NCBI RefSeq assembly: GCF_023055435.1
Contig: NW_025964361.1
Coordinates: 6,510,001 to 6,574,000 of the forward strand
DNA: 64,000 bases
Reading direction: 5' to 3'
Source of the DNA: Haliotis rufescens
Lineage: Eukaryota
Every line of letters begins with the position of its first letter. The first letter of the stretch is position 1. Under the pieces are notes generated by a model that saw nothing but the letters and a program-made list of their open reading frames with translations, ran no database searches and was not told where the DNA came from. Below, in pieces: positions 9,447 through 24,654 of the stretch. A program made the translations under genes and the position numbers.

Positions 9447-11762
9447 CTTGGAAGAAGACACACTTGGAATGATACAGCAGTGAGCGAAACGTAGAGGTCA
9501 GCGGAGCAAAAGCGATCGTTTTTCTGTTGAAAACAGAAGGGACGTCGATAACGGCAACGGTAACTACGTTACGGAGTTCGATGAGTCAGAACGAGGCTCA
9601 TCGCCAGCTTCCGGCGTGGTAAAGCCTAATGGCATTGCCAAGGGTGAAAACTGCCGGGTTTATTTCGTCTGAACACCGGTATTAAGTTGTATCTTACAAC
9701 TGAAACGTTGCCTACATCAGTTCAGAGTTTGAAAAAATTGTGCAGGTGAAACTGGGTGTTTTTCGTGCCTCCATTACCCGAAACAGGGTGAATTTTGTTC
9801 ACTATGAGATGGACATTAACCTTAAACGTTTGCTATGCCGAATAGCGATACCATATAACGACCCTCTATTATACTAGCCTTCACAATACCTTTTACATTC
9901 GACAAACTGACACGGGCTAGCAGGCTAGTAAGAATGCACATCTCTGATAATCCAAGTGGGATTTGGGAATTATTCCCAAGCCTACAGGGATAAAATAAAA
10001 GTTCAATGGTACTGGTATTTTCCAACGTGTGCAGCGACAGTTCTTATTTGGTTTGATTTCTAATCTGGAAACACGACGACCACAGAAAATAGCTAATAGG
10101 AGAGAAAGATAAATGACAAGCATATTGGTTTTTACTACACTAGGCCTGAGGGGCCGACCATTTCATGTTCCTTTGGAAGGGGGAGTGGGCGACGTTGGAT
10201 TTTGTATGGAGACTAGATATTTTGCAGCTACAAATGCAAAATCAGTTAATATAAACTATGAGCCTAAATAAAACATTTTTCAAAAACCCACCTTGCAACA
10301 ACGTATTTTTGGTGGCCGACATGTTCTTTTTGTCCAACAGATGGAAGCATATTTAGTTTTCAATCAACTTTGGAGACAATATATTTTTTTCTGAAAAAAT
10401 CCTAGCCACCCACACACTCACAGTCAGAGAAATCCTATTGACCGTCCCATTTTGAAAACCTTGATGTGGACGTACAGGGGTAGAATTCAGACCCCTTGTA
10501 TCATTTAGGTATTTTTGTAGAATGCCAGATACGAATATTACGTCATATATATATATATATATATATATATTAATCTACTCTTGCATACAAGTGGGTGTCA
10601 ATATAGGCTTTCTACTTGCGCCTGGCCTCGGCCTATGTATAAAAGCATGCCCTCTGCAATTTCTGAAGACCACGGGCCAAAAGACCAGCAGTGAGGTGAT
10701 AAGACGAGTGGAATCCAATATTGACTGAGGCGAAGGGAGATCACTCTCATCCCTTGTCCGACTACTGCTATTAGTTGGGTGAAGTGCTCGTAATATATCC
10801 CATGTGGCGACACTTGTGTTTTAGAGAAGAAAGGCAATTCTCGATTCGCACTCCTTTATAAAGGAAGCCACAATTATTGTTACATTAGAAACGATTAGCT
10901 ATTATATTGGAATATAAAATTTACTCCAGATAACAAGGTATCAGAGAGCTGTCCTCGGAGAATATCCCGTGTCACAATTGTCGCCACATAAACATTTAGA
11001 AGTGTCTGATCTTAAGGTAACCCCACCTATTTAGAAATCTTCTGCTAAGTGCAGATCATGAAATTGGGACACAGCAGCACAGCAATATAGAGGCAGCATT
11101 CACTTTTTAACAATATCCATATGAATTTATGTCTCATGTTCGGAAATCTTGGGATTTGGCCAATATTGCGATGCTGCTGTCGCCCATATATTATTAGCTG
11201 TAAGGAAGAAACACTGTAGAGAAAACAGACGACTTGTGTATACATTACAGAAACATTTATTCAGATGACCGAAAGTCGAAAGTAATATGCCTCAAGGGAG
11301 ATCCAAAAACGGGCCAAAATTGTATAGAAAGTATGGTCTTGTGCCATGCTAATAAGCCAAGAGGTTTGCCGAAAGGAAGCTGAAAGTTGGGCCAAAACTG
11401 TGAGCCTAAAAATACGCCCAAAATACGCTAAGAGCNNNNNNNNNNNNNNNNNNNNNNNNNNNNNNNNNNNNNNNNNNNNNNNNNNNNNNNNNNNNNNNNN
11501 NNNNNNNNNNNNNNNNNNNNNNNNNNNNNNNNNNNNNNNNNNNNNNNNNNNNNNNNNNNNNNNNNNNNTCACTCTAACCCTCACCTCTAACATACATCCA
11601 CTCTCCCTCTCACACATACAAACATACATACACACATTATTATACATACATGCTCATTCACTCTCTCACACTCACACACAAATACACACACATACATGCA
11701 TACAGACAGACAGACAGACATGCCGATTCAATCTTTCATTTACTCTCACACACGCACACAAT

Positions 11763-11793
<31 letters not shown>

Positions 11794-12055
11794 TACATAT
11801 TCATTCAGTCTCTCTTTCTCACACACTTATACATACACACACATGCATGTTCATTCAAACTTATATTNNNNNNNNNNNNNNNNNNNNNNNNNNNNNNNNN
11901 NNNNNNNNNNNNNNNNNNNNNNNNNNNNNNNNNNNNNNNNNNNNNNNNNNNNNNNNNNNNNNNNNNNNNNNNNNNNNNNNNNNNNNNNNNNNNNNNNNNN
12001 NNNNNNNNNNNCTCACTTGCACACATTCAGACATTATATTAAAAGGATAAGGAGT

Positions 12056-13040
12056 CTAAGAGAAGATCTTCCTAAAGAAGGCAGCCGCTCTCGTCAGCGC
12101 CTTTCTAAGGGGATGAATCTCTCTGTCATCCACAAAGCTGTGGTCGTCCTCGTCCTCGTACACCCAGTAGTCACTGTCATCGTCGTCACTTGGGGCAGGA
12201 TAGTAAGCGGCGTGGTTGATGGTGACGGGGGCGGGGAGCGTCTCACCGTAGACAGGGCGGGCCCAGAACGGAGTGAAAACGCTCAGGGGGTCGGGACAAC
12301 GGGAAGGGGACACAGCCAGGGAACGCTACACATCGAGGGGTGGAGGGAGGGACAAAGGAAGTCAAGTGAGACAGAAATACGGGATACTTTTGCAAAGAAA
12401 ACGAATCACACTTTATTATAGGGACTGGGCAGACTTAATGTGCAACAAATCAGCTATACTAGACGGAAGAATTTATAGGGTGGGCATGTAAAACTACATA
12501 CACAGTCGGACTCCTCATCCTGAGACGGCCACAAACTCACAGCCGCAGGAGTGCCATAATAGCGAATTATGTCCTCCCGAGCTGAAAAAGAAAAACGAAA
12601 GCTAGCCTCAGTTAAATGTACGCCGACGGCTACGTTCAAAAAATCACAATTCATGACTTCTGACAGCTACAGTATGCCACTCGACCTCGGCCCTTTGACA
12701 CCTCGAAGTCCAAGTGTATGTAGGGTTACGGGCTGTGCTGCAAGACGACATTTAACCAATAAAATGGGCCAAACAGCTGCCTTTCACGGAATACGGGTTA
12801 TCTTACATCTGTACAACATCGCCCGACACTATAATGTACGAACAGGTTTCATCTGAGAACCACATGTCAAGTTTACAATCTAACATTTTCAGTTATGACA
12901 ATTGCAAATGGCGGCCGCCATCTTCAGTCCCGATACTGCTGCCTAACAACGACCAATTTCACGTCTAATTTAACATCTTAATACTGTTAAGTGGAATAAT
13001 TGTGATCTTAAATACCTTGAATGTGAAGCCTTGTATTCAT
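12056..13040 (-). CDS. Orphan 3-exon gene, copy 4
   Basis: Same structure; a 5-nt insertion (acattATATTaaaag, ~12036) falls just after the stop codon, in the 3'UTR. Confidence 0.85.
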
Positions 13041-15038
13041 CTTGGAAGAAGACACACTTGGAATGATACAGCAGTGAGCGAAACGTAGAGGTCAGCGGAG
13101 CAAAAGCGATCGTTTTTCTGTTGAAAACAGAAGGGACGTCGATAACGGCAACGGTAACTACGTTACGGAGTTCGATGAGTCAGAACGAGGCTCATCGCCA
13201 GCTTCCGGCGTGGTAAAGCCTAATGACATTGCCAAGGGTGAAAACTGCCGGGTTTATTTCGTCTGAACACCGGTATTAAGTTGTATCTTACAACTGAAAC
13301 GTTGCCTACATCAGTTCAGAGTTTGAAACAATTGTGCAGGTGAAACTGGGTGTTTTTCGTGCCTCCATTACCCGAAACAGGGTGAATTTTGTTCACTATG
13401 AGATGGACATTAACCTTAAACGTTTGCTATGCCGAATAGCGATACCATATAACGACCCTCTATTATACTAGCCTTCACAATACCTTTTACATTCGACAAA
13501 CTGACACGGGCTAGCAGGCTAGTAAGAATGCACATCTCTGATAATCCAAGTGGGATTTGGGAATTATTCCCAAGCCTACAGGGATAAAATAAAAGTTCAA
13601 TGGTACTGGTATTTTCCAACGTGTGCAGCGACAGTTCTTATTTGGTTTGATTTCTAATCTGGAAACACGACGACCACAGAAAATAGCTAATAGGAGAGAA
13701 AGATAAATGACAAGCATATTGGTTTTTACTACACTAGGCCTGAGGGGCCGACCATTTCATGTTCCTTTGGAAGGGGGAGTGGGCGACGTTGGATTTTGTA
13801 TGGAGACTAGATATTTTTCAGCTACAAATGCAAAATCAGTTAATATAAACTATGAGCCTAAATAAAACATTTTTCAAAAACCCACCTTGCAACAACGTAT
13901 TTTTGGTGGCCGACATGTTCTTTTTGTCCAACAGATGGAAGCATATTTAGTTTTCAATCAACTTTGGAGACAATATATTTTTTTCTGAAAAAATCCTAGC
14001 CACCCACACACTCACAGTCAGAGAAATCCTATTGACCGTCCCATTTTGAAAACCTTGATGTGGACGTACAGGGGTAGAATTCAGACCCCTTGTATCATTT
14101 AGGTATTTTTGTAGAATGCCAGATACGAATATTACGTCATATATATATATATATATTAATCTACTCTTGCATACAAGTGGGTGTCAATATAGGCTTTCTA
14201 CTTGCGCCTGGCCTCGGCCTATGTATAAAAGCATGCCCTCTGCAATTTCTGAAGACCACGGGCCAAAAGACCAGCAGTGAGGTGATGAGACGAGTGGAAT
14301 CCAATATTGACTGAGGCGAAGGGAGATCACTCTCAATCCCTTGTCCGACTACTGCTATTAGTTGGGTGAAGTGCTCGTAATATATCCCATGTGGCGACAC
14401 TTGTGTTTTAGAGAAGAAAAGCAATTCTCGATTCGCACTCCTTTATAAAGGAAGCCACAATTATTGTTACATTAGAAACGATTAGCTATTATATTGGAAT
14501 ATAAAATTTATTCCAGATAACAAAGTATCAGAGAGCTGTCCTCGGAGAATATCCCGTGTCACAATTGTCGCCACATAAACATTTAGAAGTGTCTGATCTT
14601 AAGGTAACCCCACCTATTTAGAAATCTTCTGCTAAGTGCAGATCATGAAATTGGGACACAGCAGCACAGCAATATAGAGGCAGCATTCACTTTTTAGCAA
14701 TATCCATATGAATTTATGTCTCATGTTCGGAAATCTTGGGATTTGGCCAATATTGCGATGCTGCTGTCGCCCATATATTATTAGCTGTAAGAAAGAAACA
14801 CTGTAGAGAAAACAGACGACTTGTGTATACATTACAGAAACATTTATTCAGATGACCGAAAGTCGAAAGTAATATGCCTCAAGGGAGATCCAAAAACGGG
14901 CCAAAATTGTATAGAAAGTATGGTCTTGTGCCATGCTAATAAGCCAAGAGGTTTGCCGAAAGGAAGCTGAAAGTTGGGCCAAAACTGTGAGCCTAAAAAT
15001 ACGCCAAAAATACGCTAAGAGCGGGTATATGGAATGGT

Positions 15039-15127
<89 letters not shown>

Positions 15128-15338
15128 CATGTATGCTCGTTCATTCACTCTAACCCTCACCTCTAACATGCATCCACTCTCCCTCTCACACATACAAACA
15201 TACATACACACATTATTATACATACATGCTCATTCACTCTCTCACACTCACACACAAATACACACACATACATGCATACAGACAGACAGACAGACATGCC
15301 GATTCAATCTTTCATTTACTCTCACACACGCACACAAT

Positions 15339-15369
<31 letters not shown>

Positions 15370-15616
15370 TACATATTCATTCAGTCTCTCTTTCTCACAC
15401 ACATATACATACACACACATGCATGTTCATTCAAANNNNNNNNNNNNNNNNNNNNNNNNNNNNNNNNNNNNNNNNNNNNNNNNNNNNNNNNNNNNNNNNN
15501 NNNNNNNNNNNNNNNNNNNNNNNNNNNNNNNNNNNNNNNNNNNNNNNNNNNNNNNNNNNNNNNNNNNNNNNNNNNNNCTCACTTGCACACATTCAGACAT
15601 TAAAAGGATAAGGAGT

Positions 15617-16601
15617 CTAAGAGAAGATCTTCCTAAAGAAGGCAGCCGCTCTCGTCAGCGCCTTTCTAAGGGGATGAATCTCTCTGTCATCCAAAAAGCT
15701 GTGGTCGTCCTCGTCCTCGTACACCCAGTAGTCACTGTCATCGTCGTCACTTGGGGCAGGATAGTAAGCGGCGTGGTTGATGGTGACGGGGGCGGGGAGC
15801 GTCTCACCGTAGACAGGGCGGGCCCAGAACGGAGTGAAAACGCTCAGGGGGTCGGGACAACGGGAAGGGGACACAGCCAGGGAACGCTACACATCGAGGG
15901 GTGGAGGGAGGGACAAAGGAAGTCAAGTGAGACAGAAATACGGGATACTTTTGCAAAGAAAACGAATCACACTTTATTATAGGGACTGGGCAGACTTAAT
16001 GTGCAACAAATCAGCTATACTAGACGGAAGAATTTATAGGGTGGGCATGTAAAACTACATACACAGTCGGACTCCTCATCCTGAGACGGCCACAAACTCA
16101 CAGCCGCAGGAGTGCCATAATAGCGAATTATGTCCTCCCGAGCTGAAAAAGAAAAACGAAAGCTAGCCTCAGTTAAATGTACGCCGACGGCTACGTTCAA
16201 AAAATCACAATTCATGACTTCTGACAGCTACAGTATGCCACTCGACCTCGGCCCTTTGACACCTCGAAGTCCAAGTGTATGTAGGGTTACGGGCTGTACT
16301 GCAAGACAACATTTAACCAATAAAATGGGCCAAACAGCTGCCTTTCACGGAATACGGGTTATCTTACATCTGTACAACATCGCCCGACACTATAATGTAC
16401 GAACAGGTTTCATCTGAGAACCACATGTCAAGTTTACAATCTAACATTTTCAGTTATGACAATTGCAAATGGCGGCCGCCATCTTCAGTCCCGATACTGC
16501 TGCCTAACAACGACCAATTTCACGTCTAATTTAACATCTTAATACTGTTAAGTGGAATAATTGTGATCTTAAATACCTTGAATGTGAAGCCTTGTATTCA
16601 T
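15617..16601 (-). CDS. Orphan 3-exon gene, copy 5 (L87)
   Basis: Same exon structure; frame intact. Confidence 0.85.
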
Positions 16602-18599
16602 CTTGGAAGAAGACACACTTGGAATGATACAGCAGTGAGCGAAACGTAGAGGTCAGCGGAGCAAAAGCGATCGTTTTTCTGTTGAAAACAGAAGGGACGT
16701 CGATAACGGCAACGGTAACTACGTTACGGAGTTCGATGAGTCAGAACGAGGCTCATCGCCAGCTTCCGGCGTGGTAAAGCCTAATGGCATTGCCAAGGGT
16801 GAAAACTGCCGGGTTTATTTCGTCTGAACACCGGTATTAAGTTGTATCTTACAACTGAAACGTTGCCTACATCAGTTCAGAGTTTGAAAAAATTGTGCAG
16901 GTGAAACTGGGTGTTTTTTGTGCCTCCATTACCCGAAACAGGGTGAATTTTGTTCACTATGAGATGGACATTAACCTTAAACGTTTGCTATGCCGAATAG
17001 CGATACCATATAACGACCCTCTATTATACTAGCCTTCACAATACCTTTTACATTCGACAAACTGACACGGGCTAGCAGGCTAGTAAGAATGCACATCTCT
17101 GATAATCCAAGTGGGATTTGGGAATTATTCCCAAGCCTACAGGGATAAAATAAAAGTTCAATGGTACTGGTATTTTCCAACGTGTGCAGCGACAGTTCTT
17201 ATTTGGTTTGATTTCTAATCTGGAAACACGACGACCACAGAAAATAGCTAATAGGAGAGAAAGATAAATGACAAGCATATTGGTTTTTACTACACTAGGC
17301 CTGAGGGGCCGACCATTTCATGTTCCTTTGGAAGGGGGAGTGGGCGACGTTGGATTTTGTATGGAGACTAGATATTTTGCAGCTACAAATGCAAAATCAG
17401 TTAATATAAACTATGAGCCTAAATAAAACATTTTTCAAAAATCCACCTTGCAACAACGTATTTTTGGTGGCCGACATGTTCTTTTTGTCCAACAGATGGA
17501 AGCATATTTAGTTTTCAATCAACTTTGGAGACAATATATTTTTTTCTGAAAGAATCCTAGCCACCCACACACTCACAGTCAGAGAAATCCTATTGACCGT
17601 CCCATTTTGAAAACCTTGATGTGGACGTACAGGGGTAGAATTCAGACCCCTTGTATCATTTAGGTATTTTTGTAGAATGCCAGATACGAATATTACGTCA
17701 TATATATATATATATATTAATCTACTCTTGCATACAAGTGGGTGTCAATATAGGCTTTCTACTTGCGCCTGGCCTCGGCCTATGTATAAAAGCATGCCCT
17801 CTGCAATTTCTGAAGACCACGGGCCAAAACACCAGCAGTGAGGTGATGAGACGAGTGGAATCCAATATTGACTGAGGCGAAGGGAGATCACTCTCAATCC
17901 CTTGTCCGACTACTGCTATTAGTTGGGTGAAGTGCTCGTAATATATCCCATGTGGCGACACTTGTGTTTTAGAGAAGAAAGGCAATTCTCGATTCGCACT
18001 CCTTTATAAAGGAAGCCACAATTATTGTTACATTAGAAACGATTAGCTATTATATTGGAATATAAAATTTATTCCAGATAACAAAGTATCAGAGAGCTGT
18101 CCTCGGAGAATATCCCGTGTCACAATTGTCGCCACATAAACATTTAGAAGTGTCTGATCTTAAGGTAACCCCACCTATTTAGAAATCTTCTGCTAAGTGC
18201 AGATCATGAAATTGGGACACAGCAGCACAGCAATATAGAGGCAGCAATCACTTTTTAACAATATCCATATGAATTTATGTCTCATGTTCGGAAATCTTGG
18301 GATTTGGCCAATATTGCGATGCTGCTGTCGCCCATATATTATTAGCTGTAAGGAAGAAACACTGTAGAGAAAACAGACGACTTGTGTATACATTACAGAA
18401 ACATTTATTCAGATGACCGAAAGTCGAAAGTAATATGTCTCAAGGGAGATCCAAAAAAGGGCCAAAATTGTATAGAAAGTATGGTCTTGTGCCATGCTAA
18501 TAAGCCAAGAGGTTTGCCGAAAGGAAGCTGAAAGTTGGGCCAAAACTGTGAGCCTAAAAATACGCCAAAAATACGCTAAGAGCGGGTATATGGAATGGT

Positions 18600-18658
<59 letters not shown>

Positions 18659-19165
18659 CATGTATGCTCGTTCATTCACTCTAACCCTCACCTCTAACAT
18701 GCATCCACTCTCCCTCTCACACATACAAACATACATACACACATTATTATACATACATGCTCATTCACTCTCTCACACTCACACACAAATACACACACAT
18801 ACATGCATACAGACAGACAGACAGACATGCCGATTCAATCTTTCATTTACTCTCACACACGCACACAATACACACACACACACACACACACAAACATACA
18901 TATTCATTCAGTCTCTCTTTCTCACACACATATACATACACACACATGCATGTTCATTCAAACTTATATTNNNNNNNNNNNNNNNNNNNNNNNNNNNNNN
19001 NNNNNNNNNNNNNNNNNNNNNNNNNNNNNNNNNNNNNNNNNNNNNNNNNNNNNNNNNNNNNNNNNNNNNNNNNNNNNNNNNNNNNNNNNNNNNNNNNNNN
19101 NNNNNNNNNNNNNNNNNNNNNNNNNNCTCACTTGCACACATTCAGACATTAAAAGGATAAGGAGT

Positions 19166-20157
19166 CTAAGAGAAGATCTTCCTAAAGAAGGCAGCCGCTC
19201 TCGTCAGCGCCTTTCTAAGGGGATGAATCTCTCTGTCATCCACAAAGCTGTGGTCGTCCTCGTCCTCGTACACCCAGTAGTCACTGTCATCGTCGTCACT
19301 TGGGGCAGGATAGTAAGCGGCGTGGTTGATGGTGACGGGGGCGGGGAGCGTCTCACCGTAGACAGGGCGGGCCCAGAACGGAGTGAAAACGCTCAGGGGG
19401 TCGGGACAACGGGAAGGGGACACAGCCAGGGAACGCTACACATCGAGGGGTGGAGGGAGGGACAAAGGAAGTCAAGTGAGACAGAAATACGGGATACTTT
19501 TGCAAAGAAAACGAATCACACTTTATTATAGGGACTGGGCAGACTTAATGTGCAACAAATCAGCTATACTAGACGGAAGAATTTATAGGGTGGGCATGTA
19601 AAACTACATACACAGTCGGACTTCTTTTTCCTCATCCTGAGACGGCCACAAACTCACAGCCGCAGGAGTGCCATAATAGCGAATTATGTCCTCCCGAGCT
19701 GAAAAAGAAAAACGAAAGCTAGCCTCAGTTAAATGTACGCCGACGGCTACGTTCAAAAAATCACAATTCATGACTTCTGACAGCTACAGTATGCCACTCG
19801 ACCTCGGCCCTTTGACACCTCGAAGTCCAAGTGTATGTAGGGTTACGGGCTGTACTGCAAGACAACATTTAACCAATAAAATGGGCCAAACAGCTGCCTT
19901 TCACGGAATACGGGTTATCTTACATCTGTACAACATCGCCCGACACTATAATGTACGAACAGGTTTCATCTGAGAACCACATGTCAAGTTTACAATCTAA
20001 CATTTTCAGTTATGACAATTGCAAATGGCGGCCGCCATCTTCAGTCCCGATAATGCTGCCTAACAACGACCAATTTCACGTCTAATTTAACATCTTAATA
20101 CTGTTAAGTGGAATAATTGTGATCTTAAATACCTTGAATGTGAAGCCTTGTATTCAT
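19166..20157 (-). CDS. Orphan 3-exon gene, copy 6
   Basis: Same structure; a net 7-nt insertion at ~19623 lies in intron 2, so the spliced frame is intact. Confidence 0.85.
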
Positions 20158-22335
20158 CTTGGAAGAAGACACACTTGGAATGATACAGCAGTGAGCGAAA
20201 CGTAGAGGTCAGCGGAGCAAAAGCGATCGTTTTTCTGTTGAAAACAGAAGGGACGTCGATAACGGCAACGGTAACTACGTTACGGAGTTCGATGAGTCAG
20301 AACGAGGCTCATCGCCAGCTTCCGGAGTGGTAAAGCCTAATGGCATTGCCAAGGGTGAAAACTGCCGGGTTTATTTCGTCTGAACACCGGTATTAAGTTG
20401 TATCTTACAACTGAAACGTTGCCTACATCAGTTCAGAGTTTGAAAAAATTGTGCAGGTGAAACTGGGTGTTTTTCGTGCCTCCATTACCCGAAACAGGGT
20501 GAATTTTGTTCACTATGAGATGGACATTAACCTTAAACGTTTGCTATGCCGAATAGCGATACCATATAACGACCCTCTATTATACTAGCCTTCACAATAC
20601 CTTTTACATTCGACAAACTGACACGGGCTAGCAGGCTAGTAAGAATGCACATCTCTGATAATCCAAGTGGGATTTGGGAATTATTCCCAAGCCTACAGGG
20701 ATAAAATAAAAGTTCAATGGTACTGGTATTTTCCAACGTGTGCAGCGACAGTTCTTATTTGGTTTGATTTCTAATCTGGAAACACGACGACCACAGAAAA
20801 TAGCTAATAGGAGAGAAAGATAAATGACAAGCATATTGGTTTTTACTACACTAGGCCTGAGGGGCCGACCATTTCATGTTCCTTTGGAAGGGGGAGTGGG
20901 CGACGTTGGATTTTGTATGGAGACTAGATATTTTTCAGCTACAAATGCAAAATCAGTTAATATAAACTATGAGCCTAAATAAAACATTTTTCAAAAACCC
21001 ACCTTGCAACAACGTATTTTTGGTGGCCGACATGTTCTTTTTGTCCAACAGATGGAAGCATATTTAGTTTTCAATCAACTTTGGAGACAATATATTTTTT
21101 TCTGAAAAAATCCTAGCCACCCACACACTCACAGTCAGAGAAATCCTATTGACCGTCCCATTTTGAAAACCTTGATGTGGACGTACAGGGGTAGAATTCA
21201 GACCCCTTGTATCATTTAGGTATTTTTGTAGAATGCCAGATACGAATATTACGTCATATATATATATATATTAATCTACTCTTGCATACAAGTGGGTGTC
21301 AATATAGGCTTTCTACTTGCGCCTGGCCTCGGCCTATGTATAAAAGCATGCCCTCTGCAATTTCTGAAGACCACGGGCCAAAAGACCAGCAGTGAGGTGA
21401 TGAGACGAGTGGAATCCAATATTGACTGAGGCGAAGGGAGATCACTCTCAATCCCTTGTCCGACTACTGCTATTAGTTGGGTGAAGTGCTCGTAATATAT
21501 CTCATGTGGCGACACTTGTGTTTTAGAGAAGAAAGGCAATTCTCGATTCGCACTCCTTTATAAAGGAAGCCACAATTATTGTTACATTAGAAACGATTAG
21601 CTATTATATTGGAATATAAAATTTATTCCAGATAACAAAGTATCAGAGAGCTGTCCTCGGAGAATATCCCGTGTCACAATTGTCGCCACATAAACATTTA
21701 GAAGTGTCTGATCTTAAGGTAACCCCACCTATTTAGAAATCTTCTGCTAAGTGCAGATCATGAAATTGGGACACAGCAGCACAGCAATATAGAGGCAGCA
21801 TTCACTTTTTAACAATATCCATATGAATTTATGTCTCATGTTCGGAAATCTTGGGATTTGGCCAATATTGCGATGCTGCTGTCGCCCATATATTATTAGC
21901 TGTAAGGAAGAAACACTGTAGAGAAAACAGACGACTTGTGTATACATTACAGAAACATTTATTCAGATGACCGAAAGTCGAAAGTAATATGCCTCAAGGG
22001 AGATCCAAAAACGGGCCAAAATTGTATAGAAAGTATGGTCTTGTGCCATGCTAATAAGCCAAGAGGTTTGCCGAAAGGAAGCTGAAAGTTGGGCCAAAAC
22101 TGTGAGCCTAAAAATACGCCCAAAATACGCTAAGAGCNNNNNNNNNNNNNNNNNNNNNNNNNNNNNNNNNNNNNNNNNNNNNNNNNNNNNNNNNNNNNNN
22201 NNNNNNNNNNNNNNNNNNNNNNNNNNNNNNNNNNNNNNNNNNNNNNNNNNNNNNNNNNNNNNNNNNNNNNNNTCACTCTAACCCTCACCTCTAACATACA
22301 TACACTCTCCCTCTCACACATACAAACATACATAC

Positions 22336-24263
22336 TGTAACACCCTTAGGGTGCTAGTGAAAACACAAATAACACAAGCAAAGATGAAGTTTAGCAGTCC
22401 AAGTTTGTAATGGCGTTTACAAACTTTATGTTTAATTTTGGTTTTAAATGTCAACAATGTGGACACAAATTATTAACAATGTGATGAAAAATGATGCCAA
22501 TAAATACCCCCAGTTTTGATCAGCTACTATTAAGTCTATTAGATTTTATTAACAGGGCTCAGTCTCCAAAGAAGTAATAATATTAAGTTATATTAGCTTA
22601 ATTGTTTTGAGAAAATGTTATTATAAGTAATAAAATGTCAAGAGATTTCTTCTAAATTTGGCCTAAAAATGTATCAAAAGGTGTACCTAGTGGTAGTGAA
22701 TGATAAGTGGAGGTGTGTCAGACCTTGACCCGTGATCGTATTTATAGGCATCATTAACAGGTCATGTGACCTTTCTTAGCCAATCAGAACACAAGCTGGA
22801 TGGCTTTCATATCACAAGCATGGCATAGGTAATGTCATTTCCAACACAAGTAAGTGATTACAAAATGTCCTTGTTTTGTCCTATTTGACCGAATACAATT
22901 AGGACACAGTAGAAATAATCAGGACATGGAGACAATTTGTTATAATTAAATGGACAATATCTTTACGCCAACGTAGCGTCAGTGGCCGCCATCTTGGTTG
23001 GTGGTAATCTCCGTTACAAGTGAAATTTACAAAACAATCAGTTTCTTTTATCAATTGGTATTGTCCTTATACTGTACAAAGTGTCCGAATAGATCGAACA
23101 TGTTGAACAAACAGAATTTGTGCTAATATCTGATACAATGATATTTAGGACAAGGATAGGTTCAGACCAAGCGACTGGGAGGACAGTTTGACAGACGTCA
23201 AACGTACGCTAAGACCATTGACAATATAGGCCTATAGGAGAAAATATGCCCTCATTCCAAGTATTGATGTAGTCCTATATGTCCTTTAATAATTTGGACA
23301 GTAACACGATTCATTAAAATACTCGGCAATTATTAACAGAGAAACGGACAACAGATTGTCAATATTGCCTAGAACTGTCGGCAATGAAATGTCATAACAC
23401 AGAACGACTGTCATATTGCAGGTACAAATGCAAGGAATATGGGAACGTATATGTTGTCCTCTATGTGTCTGAATATTGCAAATCTAGATTAGACTGCAGG
23501 AAAATACTTTATCATGAATCTATGACTTTGGTGTGAAAACGGACATCCAAGTTATAAACAGTCACTATGCCAAGCGTAAACATAATTGACAGGTCACCGT
23601 AACCTCAGAAATGTCAAACAGATCAAATTAGTTATTCAGTGAGATCAAGTGTAATTATCATTAATATCCAAAGTGAAATATACTTTGAAACATTTTAGAG
23701 CAAGAAAGTTATTGGAAAATCTTCAATAACCAGTGTATTAGGTCATTGTTTATCTAGATCAAATGTCAACTTACTGTCTAAAAATAGCCACGATGCAAGA
23801 GTGTATACAAGAAATAGTCCCTGACAAACACTGTTCTTATCACTCAAAATACATCATGAATCCAAACAGTGAACAAACATGGTAACATGGAATGCATCAA
23901 CCTGTACAATAATAGTGCATAATGATAACAGTAGATATATTATTCATGGATGTAAATAGCGTAGTGACACACAGTGGTAATCAGGTCATGCCTGACAAGT
24001 GCTGCTCGCGCCAACGTTCAGTGATAGATAAACATAGCTATCAACAGTGAACATGACCCACAAAGTTGATTCAGATAGATGAAGTTCATTTCCAGGTAAT
24101 TATCTATGATACTATAATCTTATTATTTGCTTTAATATGAAAATTGTGAATGGACATTTGCAGATAGATCGTGTTATAACGAAGATAGGTGACTCTTACG
24201 ATAGACAAGGTTTACTAAATGTACTCTGATTACAATTTCTGTTTATTTTGGACTTCTATAACA
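22336..24263 (-). mobile_element. Solo-LTR-like insertion, 1928 bp, probably Ty3/gypsy-type
   Basis: Absent from all other units. Ends are TGTAACA...TATAACA (TG...CA) with a 4-bp TSD ATAC (22332-22335 and 24264-24267). No ORF. On the minus strand: CCAAT box (22780-22784, reverse orientation), TATAAATA (22746-22739), AATAAA (22550-22545) and ATTAAA (22436-22431), then a GT-rich tail. Confidence 0.85.
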
Positions 24264-24396
24264 ATACACACATTATTATACATACATGCTCATTCACTCT
24301 CTCACACTCACACACAAATACACACACATACATGCATACAGACAGACAGACAGACATGCCGATTCAATCTTTCATTTACTCTCACACACGCACACA

Positions 24397-24427
<31 letters not shown>

Positions 24428-24654
24428 TACATATTCATTCAGTCTCTCTTTCTCACACACATATACATACACACACATGCATGTTCATTCAAACTTATAT
24501 TTACTCTCACACATACATACATACATACATACATACATACATACATACATACATACATACATACATACATACATACATACATACATACATACATACACAC
24601 CTGCTCATTCATTCACTCACTTGCACACATTCAGACATTAAAAGGATAAGGAGT

